The notes beneath the pieces were generated by a model that ran no database searches, was not told where the DNA came from, and worked only from the letters and a program-made list of their open reading frames with translations. Below, in pieces: positions 1 through 7,665 of a DNA stretch of 10,901 nucleotides. The stretch's first letter is position 1; each line of letters starts with the position of its first letter. A program made the translations under genes and the position numbers. The DNA is from Paraspadella gotoi (Eukaryota > Animalia > Chaetognatha), in NCBI GenBank assembly GCA_051294375.1, contig JBJCIZ010000209.1:1-10901 (forward strand). The letters run 5' to 3'.

Positions 1-282
1 TTTGTTACGAGCGTTCTGGTCGCGAGCCATGGCTTTTGAGCATGTTCTTTTGTTGTCGAAGTAACAAAGGAATAAAGACAGCGACTTTCAACGGACCAAT
101 GGCGCATTTAAAAACGACATGGCGAATTGTCATCCTTGAATCATGACTGGTATACCTTATTTTTTAAAAATTTGACCGTCTTTGCCTCCGTCTTTGAAAA
201 GAACCCCCTCCTCGACCTAGCCGAGAGGGAGAAGACGTCGGAAGAGAAACTGGACTGAAAACCGGGACCGCTGGCGCCGTAA
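1..282 (+). repeat. Direct repeat unit, copy 1 (period ~1.2-1.3 kb)
   Basis: 1-29 (tttgttacgagcgttctggtcgcgagcca) is identical to 1218-1246, and 256-282 (tgaaaaccgggaccgctggcgccgtaa) is identical to 1536-1562. Order and orientation are the same in both copies. Confidence 0.8.
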
Positions 283-1124
283 NNNNNNNNNNNNNNNNNN
301 NNNNNNNNNNNNNNNNNNNNNNNNNNNNNNNNNNNNNNNNNNNNNNNNNNNNNNNNNNNNNNNNNNNNNNNNNNNNNNNNNNNNNNNNNNNNNNNNNNNN
401 NNNNNNNNNNNNNNNNNNNNNNNNNNNNNNNNNNNNNNNNNNNNNNNNNNNNNNNNNNNNNNNNNNNNNNNNNNNNNNNNNNNNNNNNNNNNNNNNNNNN
501 NNNNNNNNNNNNNNNNNNNNNNNNNNNNNNNNNNNNNNNNNNNNNNNNNNNNNNNNNNNNNNNNNNNNNNNNNNNNNNNNNNNNNNNNNNNNNNNNNNNN
601 NNNNNNNNNNNNNNNNNNNNNNNNNNNNNNNNNNNNNNNNNNNNNNNNNNNNNNNNNNNNNNNNNNNNNNNNNNNNNNNNNNNNNNNNNNNNNNNNNNNN
701 NNNNNNNNNNNNNNNNNNNNNNNNNNNNNNNNNNNNNNNNNNNNNNNNNNNNNNNNNNNNNNNNNNNNNNNNNNNNNNNNNNNNNNNNNNNNNNNNNNNN
801 NNNNNNNNNNNNNNNNNNNNNNNNNNNNNNNNNNNNNNNNNNNNNNNNNNNNNNNNNNNNNNNNNNNNNNNNNNNNNNNNNNNNNNNNNNNNNNNNNNNN
901 NNNNNNNNNNNNNNNNNNNNNNNNNNNNNNNNNNNNNNNNNNNNNNNNNNNNNNNNNNNNNNNNNNNNNNNNNNNNNNNNNNNNNNNNNNNNNNNNNNNN
1001 NNNNNNNNNNNNNNNNNNNNNNNNNNNNNNNNNGCCTTGCGACGAGCAACCGCGGTTTCCGAAAGAGGATTTTTGTGGCTCGTTTATTTATATTATGCAA
1101 CATTTTTCCCGCTTAACTTTTCAA

Positions 1125-1172
1125 AATTATATTATAAATTATATTATCAATTATATTATCAATTATATTATA
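1125..1172. repeat. AT-rich minisatellite, 4 x 12 bp (aattatattat[a/c])
   Basis: Units start at 1125, 1137, 1149 and 1161; read directly. Confidence 0.9.
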
Positions 1173-1217
1173 TTATTATCATTATATCATATCTCTAAAA
1201 CGCGACGTAGATCTTTC

Positions 1218-1562
1218 TTTGTTACGAGCGTTCTGGTCGCGAGCCANNNNNNNNNNNNNNNNNNNNNNNNNNNNNNNNNNNNNNNNNNNNNNNNNNNNNN
1301 NNNNNNNNNNNNNNNNNNNNNNNNNNNNNNNNNNNNNNNNNNNNNNNNNNNNNNNNNNNNNNNNNNNNNNNNNNNNNNNNNNNNNNNNNNNNNNNNNNNN
1401 NNNNNNNNNNNNNNNNNNNNNNNNNNNNNNNNNNNNNNNNNNNNNNNNNNNNNNNNNNNNNNNNNNNNNNNNNNNNNNNNNNNNNNNNNNNNNNNNNNNN
1501 NNNNNNNNNNNNNNNNNNNNNNNNNNNNNNNNNNNTGAAAACCGGGACCGCTGGCGCCGTAA
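1218..1562 (+). repeat. Direct repeat unit, copy 2 (interior is an N gap)
   Basis: Both flanks of the 1247-1535 gap match copy 1 exactly. The gap is 289 N, whereas the corresponding interval in copy 1 is 226 nt. Confidence 0.75.
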
Positions 1563-2103
1563 AGTTTATAAGTTTATTATCCACTTGGAGTCTTGATAAA
1601 ATATCAAAGCATATAGATATTCANNNNNNNNNNAATAATAATCAAACAATAATATTACAAATTGTTAGATCCAAAGACTCGCGAATCGTGATATCTGAGN
1701 NNNNNNNNNNNNNNNNNNNNNNNNNNNNNNNNNNNNNNNNNNNNNNNNNNNNNNNNNNNNNNNNNNNNNNNNNNNNNNNNNNNNNNNNNNNNNNNNNNNN
1801 NNNNNNNNNNNNNNNNNNNNNNNNNNNNNNNNNNNNNNNNNNNNNNNNNNNNNNNNNNNNNNNNNNNNNNNNNNNNNNNNNNNNNNNNNNNNNNNNNNNN
1901 NNNNNNNNNNNNNNNNNNNNNNNNNNNNNNNNNNNNNNNNNNNNNNNNNNNNNNNNNNNNNNNNNNNNNNNNNNNNNNNNNNNNNNNNNNNNNNNNNNNN
2001 NNNNNNNNNNNNNNNNNNNNNNNNNNNNNNNNNNNNNNNNNNNNNNNNNNNNNNNNNNNNNNNNNNNNNNNNNNNNNNNNNNNNNNNNNNGCTAAAATCA
2101 TCG

Positions 2104-2124
2104 GATGATGATGATGATGATGAT
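2104..2124. repeat. (GAT)7 microsatellite
   Basis: Seven perfect GAT units. This tract is the source of the poly-His in the 1655..2164 ORF. Confidence 0.9.
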
Positions 2125-2520
2125 TTTTTAGTTTTTTTCCCAGTTTTGACCCACTTATCATCAAAATATTGANNNNNNNNNNNNNNNNNNNNNNNNNNNN
2201 NNNNNNNNNNNNNNNNNNNNNNNNNNNNNNNNNNNNNNNNNNNNNNNNNNNNNNNNNNNNNNNNNNNNNNNNNNNNNNNNNNNNNNNNNNNNNNNNNNNN
2301 NNNNNNNNNNNNNNNNNNNNNNNNNNNNNNNNNNNNNNNNNNNNNNNNNNNNNNNNNNNNNNNNNNNNNNNNNNNNNNNNNNNNNNNNNNNNNNNNNNNN
2401 NNNNNNNNNNNNNNNNNNNNNNNNNNNNNNNNNNNNNNNNNNNNNNNNNNNNNNNNNNNNNNNNNNNNNNNNNNNTTTGAGTGTTTAAATAATAATTTTG
2501 ATAATTATTCTTAGAGGCAA

Positions 2521-2619
2521 TTTGGTTTCATGTTGACAACGATTTTATTTCAGAGGAACGGCTTCGAATTCAAGCGTACGTTTTTCTGAAATAAAATATG
2601 TTGTCAACATGAAACCAAA
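2521..2619. repeat. 99-bp imperfect palindrome centred on GAATTC (2566-2571)
   Basis: The outer 20 bp (tttggtttcatgttgacaac / gttgtcaacatgaaaccaaa) are perfectly complementary. The inner arms pair with a few mismatches and bulges. The right end abuts a 10-N gap, so the palindrome may be longer. Confidence 0.9.
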
Positions 2620-3131
2620 NNNNNNNNNNTACCAAAAACAACGAAAAATAAAGGTTATTACCACGATATTTATTCTTTATTGTACTGTTTGAATANNNNN
2701 NNNNNNNNNNNNNNNNNNNNNNNNNNNNNNNNNNNNNNNNNNNNNNNNNNNNNNNNNNNNNNNNNNNNNNNNNNNNNNNNNNNNNNNNNNNNNNNNNNNN
2801 NNNNNNNNNNNNNNNNNNNNNNNNNNACCGAAGCATCTCGCCGGGGTTGAGGAGTTTCCTCAAATAATCTTCGAATAATCTTGGGGGCGTTTTAGGAGGA
2901 GGACGGACGGGCGGGTCCTAACATAATAATCAATAAAAATAACAGATTTGCCATAAAAAATTAAGAAACTTTTATAAAATATGTTATGATATTTTAATGT
3001 TTGGATCACAAAGTTTTTACTACAGAGAATAAAAAAGTTAAAAATTTTNNNNNNNNNNNNNNNNNNNNNNNNNNNNNNNNNNNNNNNNNNNNNNNNNNNN
3101 NNNNNNNNNNNNNNNNNNNNNNNNNNNNNNG

Positions 3132-3152
3132 AGAAATGGCGATGCCATTTCT
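3132..3152 (-). terminator. Perfect hairpin (9-bp stem, 3-nt loop) directly after the putative stop codon
   Basis: agaaatggc-gat-gccatttct. The hairpin is directly visible; a 3'-end or terminator role is inference. Confidence 0.3.
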
Positions 3153-3153
3153 A

Positions 3154-3252
3154 TTATTTTCTTTGCCATTGTTTTACCATTTCTTTGACCTTTTTGTAGA
3201 TTGCGCTTTTGCTTTCTTGGAGATTACTCTCCCTTTTCTTTCTCTTTACCAG
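3154..3252 (-). CDS. Possible 3' end of an unknown basic protein (LVKRKKRESNLQESKSAIYKKVKEMVKQWQRK*), 5' part lost in gap
   Basis: Only one minus-strand frame is open across this small contig. It ends in tandem stops TAA TAG and is followed directly by a 9-bp hairpin. No homology recognised. Confidence 0.25.
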   Translation of the reverse strand: MVKRKKRESNLQESKSAIYKKVKEMVKQWQRK

Positions 3253-3470
3253 NNNNNNNNNNNNNNNNNNNNNNNNNNNNNNNNNNNNNNNNNNNNNNNN
3301 NNNNNTTTACGGAGTCAGGCCAACCCCACGTCACGTCAAGTCATATTTTGCCATGATACCATTCCAGAGAGTCCTTTAGGCCAGGCCTTTGAGCCCAAGA
3401 GACTTTACGGCCTCATACGAGTGGGCAGTCTAGTGGACAGATTTGTAGCACCACAGACTCNNNNNNNNNN

Positions 3471-3730
3471 CTTGTGGACGGACTCGTGATCACGTCTTAG
3501 TCCACACTCTCGCGACACCTCGTCGACCACCCTCGCGGCGCCGGTACCGCGACCGCGAGCCTTTCNNNNNNNNNNACGGCGCCCCGACATTCCCGGCGCT
3601 CGCCCATAAGCGCTGGGCGTCGCCGCACCCCTTTCCAACGACGGCTTCGAGGGACGTTGAGGACGGCCGACTTCAGTACAGCTTCGTGNNNNNNNNNNTG
3701 CCAAGGAGGCCTCGACCTACCCTTTGGGTT
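3471..3730. other. GC-rich island of consecutive imperfect palindromes/hairpins
   Basis: 3473-3506 (tgtggac...tgatca...gtccaca), 3532-3559 (ctcgcgg...ggtacc...ccgcgag) and ~3594-3626 (cggcg-cgccca/tgggcg-cgccg). Sharp GC contrast with the AT-rich sequence after ~3735; broken by 10-N gaps. Confidence 0.7.
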
Positions 3731-4333
3731 CGTTGACATTTAATAAAGAATCTGAATCTTTAATAAAAGTTTTAAAAAAATTATTNNNNNNNNNNNNNNN
3801 NNNNNNNNNNNNNNNNNNNNNNNNNNNNNNNNNNNNNNNNNNNNNNNNNNNNNNNNNNNNNNNNNNNNNNNNNNNNNNNNNNNNNNNNNNNNNNNNNNNN
3901 NNNNNNNNNNNNNNNNNNNNNNNNNNNNNNNNNNNNNNNNNNNNNNNNNNNNNNNNNNNNNNNNNNNNNNNNNNNNNNNNNNNNNNNNNNNNNNNNNNNN
4001 NNNNNNNNNNNNNNNNNNNNNNNNNNNNNNNNNNNNNNNNNNNNNNNNNNNNNNNNNNNNNNNNNNNNNNNNNNNNNNNNNNNNNNNNNNNNNNNNNNNN
4101 NNNNNNNNNNNNNNNNNNNNNNNNNNNNNNNNNNNNNNNNNNNNNNNNNNNNNNNNNNNNNNNNNNNNNNNNNNNNNNNNNNNNNNNNNNNNNNNNNNNN
4201 NNNNNNNNNNNNNNNNNNNNNNNNNNNNNNNNNNNNNNNNNNNNNNNNNNNNNNNNNNNNNNNNNNNNNNNNNNNNNNNNNNNNNNNNNNNNNNNNNNNN
4301 NNNNNNNNNNNNNNNNNNNNNNNNNNNNNNNNN

Positions 4334-4901
4334 TTTTTATCAACTTTTTATGACGAATCCAAATCGCAAAAAAATCTTAAAAAAAACCGTTGAAATTTTA
4401 ACATTTATTGGTTTAGTACTAGTATAAATATGCCTACTGCGTAAAATTGTAAAATTTATTCTAAATTTTTTTTATTACATAAATGTTCATTAATATAATG
4501 TTGTTGTTCCTCACTTTTAGAATTTTAATTAAAGTTAAATTTAAAAATTTTACTACGACTTATTAATCATTGTATTTTGACTTTCTTTTTTGCTATTTAG
4601 AATANNNNNNNNNNNNNNNNNNNNNNNNNTTTTTATCAACTTTTTATGACGAATCCAAATCGCAAAAAAATCTTAAAAAAAACCGTTGAAATTTTAACAT
4701 TTATTGGTTTAGTACTAGTATAAATATGCCTACTGCGTAAAATTGTAAAATTTATTCTAAATTTTTTTTATTACATAAATGTTCATTAATATAATGTTGT
4801 TGTTCCTCACTTTTAGAATTTTAATTAAAGTTAAATTTAAAAAATTTTACTACGACTATTAATCATTGTATTTTGACTTTTCTTTTTTGCTATTTAGAAT
4901 A
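4334..4901 (+). repeat. ~270-bp tandem duplication (4334-4604 / 4630-4901) across a 25-N gap; probable assembly overlap artefact
   Basis: The copies are identical apart from about three single-base homopolymer indels. Copy 1 ends and copy 2 begins exactly at the 25-N gap (4605-4629). Confidence 0.85.
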
Positions 4902-4904
4902 GTT

Positions 4905-5068
4905 TAGAGATGAAACGAAAAATTCGTTGTAATAGCAATTTCTATATTTATTAATGTACATGTTTCGACTCTAGTTTTTGCGAGACTTCCAGCAAAAACT
5001 TAGAGTAGAAACATGTACATTAATAAAAATAGAATTGCTATTACAACGAATTTTTCGTTTCATCTCTA
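4905..5068. repeat. 164-bp near-perfect AT-rich palindrome (foldback/MITE-like)
   Basis: Arms 4905-4981 and 4992-5068 (77 nt each) are reverse complements with about 2 mismatches and 2 single-base bulges. The loop is 10 nt (gagacttcca). Confidence 0.92.
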
Positions 5069-5152
5069 GACTTATTAATCATACTATCTCACATCTAATT
5101 ATCCTAGTTCTATCATACAAATAATTTTTTTGTTCTTGAGTGCTTCACCCTA

Positions 5153-5242
5153 ATGCGCAGTCACTTCGACAACTGCCGGGCCCAGGGAATACACTTTCAA
5201 CCATTAATTGTAGAAACCTTTGGCGGCTGGGAGAAGGAAGCC
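5153..5242 (+). mobile_element. Fragment of an RLE-type (CRE-like) non-LTR retrotransposon, C-terminal restriction-like endonuclease region
   Basis: Manual translation gives MRSHFDNCRAQGIHFQPLIVETFGGWEKEA, matching the C..G..F.P..VET.G.W...A signature at the end of the RLE domain. Upstream sequence is AT-rich and non-coding (5' truncated); the 3' end runs into a 10-N gap. Confidence 0.72.
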
Positions 5243-6178
5243 TNNNNNNNNNNAAAGGCCATCACCCACTAAAACGCCAAAAGACGCCGAAACCGCGGTT
5301 GGCGAAAGTAAAATTTAGCCATTACAATTTTTGAAGTAAAGAACTGAACTTTATATTTTCTTCTTCTTCATAAGCCTCCAAAATCCAGGATCGCCAAAAA
5401 TTATATTTTACTATGTTTAACAATGTTTTTTTTTTTAAATCTTTGAAGAATTTCACAATTTAAACTTTAAATTAAAGGAGAAGAATTTTACCATCTAGTT
5501 GATCGTTGGTGAAATGAAGTAAATCAACGATAAAGAGCCAAAGCTCCAAGAAAAAAGATCGTTGATGAAGATTCGCTCTAAGAAATTGTTAATGAATCTA
5601 TCTCCGATATTTTAAAAGCCAAGGATGCAGAGCGCACAGCATCACGAACTTTCATGCATTCGAGGATTTAGAAGGAAAAAGAATCGACGTTGAGGCTTTG
5701 TCCTTTCGTTTCCTCGGGACATTTATTAATATTTTAATTGAGTGAGGACAGCAGCGGCTGGAGCAGAGACGCGGCTTGGCATGCAGCTGCCGCGTTTCTC
5801 AACCCTGGTCATCCGTAGGTCAAAACCATTTAATTTTTTCTTTTTAAGAAATTTTATCCGTCCGTTTCTATTCTTTCGTGATTGCACCTTATAAACTATA
5901 GATTAGACAAAAGTTCCAAAACTTTGTTGATCTCTTCAATATCCAAAAGTATATCGTATTAGTAACCTGTTTCCAGCTTGCCATAGTCTCTCTGAAGTCT
6001 CAAACCAACTATAATTTGACAATTTTTAAAAGTTTTTTTTCTTTTTATTTTGGGGGGGGCCTTTATTTGAAAAGGAAAAAACCCCAACAGTAAAACGAGG
6101 ATAAACCACATTAGGCGCAAAAAAAGAATAGAATGAACCAGAGAAACGGAAAAAAACCCTTTTGAGAGCTGCAAACCA

Positions 6179-6260
6179 AGAGAGAGAGAGACGAGAGAGA
6201 GAGAGAGAGAGAGAGACGATGAGAGAGAGAGAGGATAAGAGAGAGAGAGAGAGAGGAGAG
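6179..6260 (+). repeat. Interrupted (GA)n polypurine tract
   Basis: (GA)n runs with acg, gat and ggataa interruptions. Confidence 0.95.
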
Positions 6261-6465
6261 CCGAAGATCCAAGGCCAATGTACGCGACTCGATAACCCAA
6301 TTCTTGAGCAGCGCCCGCCGATTATATAATGAGTTTACCTTAACCTGAGTTTTGTCGTTTCTATTAATGAGGCGAATTAAGACGACACGGACGCCCGGAG
6401 GCCACGAAACCACAGGTTACGACGAATAACAGTTTCATTTGTTGTTATTCCTTGTGGTTATGAAA

Positions 6466-6554
6466 GACGACGACGACGATAAGATGACCAAAGACGAAAC
6501 GCATGACAACGACGAAAACGACTGACAAACGCGATAACGATGAAAAAAGACGAT
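6466..6554 (+). repeat. Degenerate GAC/GAT/AAC-rich low-complexity tract
   Basis: gacgacgacgacgat...gacaacgacgaaaacgactgac...gataacgatg. Confidence 0.6.
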
Positions 6555-6643
6555 CTTACTTTACAACGAGTTTGTTTCCTTTTTGATTAAGGGTTTTTCC
6601 CTATCCTTTAGTATATTACAAAGCCATTTTAACACAGTACGTG

Positions 6644-7001
6644 CCAATGACCCTACACGCACGTGCTTCAAGTAAAGGTAAATTTTTGCATTTAAACGAC
6701 CAATAGAAAACTACTCCATTCATTTAATACAACAAGCATATTTTTTGCACCTGCTTTGGCCGGTTTAAAAAAATATTACTGGTAATTCGAATTTACTTGT
6801 GAAGAACGTTACCACGTAGCACTTCCCAGGATCTGCCCAACTGACATCTCTACTTCTTCTGGTCTTGAACTACCGATTATAGACGGTCAGCCATCCGCTT
6901 ACCTTACCCAAACACACAAGCCAATCACAAAAAAGCTAACAAACTTGTTGGCGCCAGTCGCCAAAAAACGGGCACTTTCGTTTTTCTCCAATCAAAGATG
7001 G
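6644..7001. promoter_or_regulatory. Possible promoter-like motif cluster (CCAAT x4, E-box, E2F-like, YY1-like)
   Basis: CCAAT at 6644, 6700, 6921 and 6988; CACGTG at 6660; TTGGCGCC at 6948; AAGATGG at 6995, just upstream of a (CT)n tract. These are short motifs and no linked gene is visible. Confidence 0.25.
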
Positions 7002-7037
7002 ACGATGGCTTCTTTCTTTATCTTCTCCCCCGCGCAC

Positions 7038-7126
7038 CTCCTATCCTCTCTCTCTCCTCCTCTCTCCTCTTCTCTCTCTCCTCCTCTCTCTCTCTTCTCC
7101 TTCTCCTCTCTCTCTCTCTCTTATCC
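7038..7126 (+). repeat. Interrupted (CT)n polypyrimidine tract
   Basis: Near-pure C/T run containing the repeated unit ctctctctctctcctc and ending in ttatcc. Confidence 0.95.
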
Positions 7127-7557
7127 AATCTTGTTCTTGTTGTCTCTACTTCTTCTTTTCTCCTCCGTTTCCCATTTTCTCCGTGATCCTCGACCCTGAT
7201 TTGGTTTTCTCCCTTGTTTCTTTCCTTTTTCTTTCTGCGTTCTCTTTCCATCTACACCTCGCACTCGTTTTCTTTACGCACGTTGCCCTAAACACAACAT
7301 ACATCTACAGCGAGTTACTCATTTGCGTCTACAAAACCTTAAAACCCTGGCATTGCGCCGTCCTCGCTACTTCTCTTCTTCCTCTTCTTTGACCATTCTC
7401 TCCACCGCAACTTTGCAAGTCGTGAGAAAAAAACGCGAGGTGACAGGTTTCCTTCGTCGAACACATTCACACCGCCGCCAACGTCAGGTTCTTCCATATT
7501 CACGTGCACTCGGGTCTGAGGAGTGCACGCGTTTGTCAAAAAGAAAGACAGGCACGC

Positions 7558-7665
7558 AGAGAGAGGAGAGCGATGAGAGACGGGGATGAGACAAGAGAGG
7601 ACGAGAGAGAGAGAGAGAGAGAGACGAGAGAGAGAAGAGAGAGAGATGAGAGAGAGACGAGAGAG
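7558..7665 (+). repeat. Interrupted (GA)n polypurine tract
   Basis: (GA)n runs with acg/gat interruptions similar to those in 6179-6260. Confidence 0.95.

Noticed and set aside
1-1562. 27-29 bp exact repeats as a CRISPR array
   Set aside because: Only two copies each, more than 1.2 kb apart, both truncated by gaps; no spacer periodicity and no cas genes.
3306-3730. rRNA, tRNA, RNase P/MRP or histone stem-loop assignment
   Set aside because: No conserved core motif of any of these was recognisable on either strand.
3660-3733. HDV-like ribozyme on the minus strand (gcc-tcctt-ggc resembles P3/L3)
   Set aside because: The L3 loop is too short, P1/P2 pairing cannot be built, and the critical part falls in a 10-N gap.
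141-4353. Long ORFs in the supplied track (320, 147, 169, 208, 209 aa etc.)
   Set aside because: The long ones are open mainly because they read through N runs; the real residues show no recognisable motifs.
5140-5334. Listed 64-aa ORF
   Set aside because: Wrong frame: the meaningful RLE-like peptide is in the frame starting at 5153, and the ORF crosses a gap.
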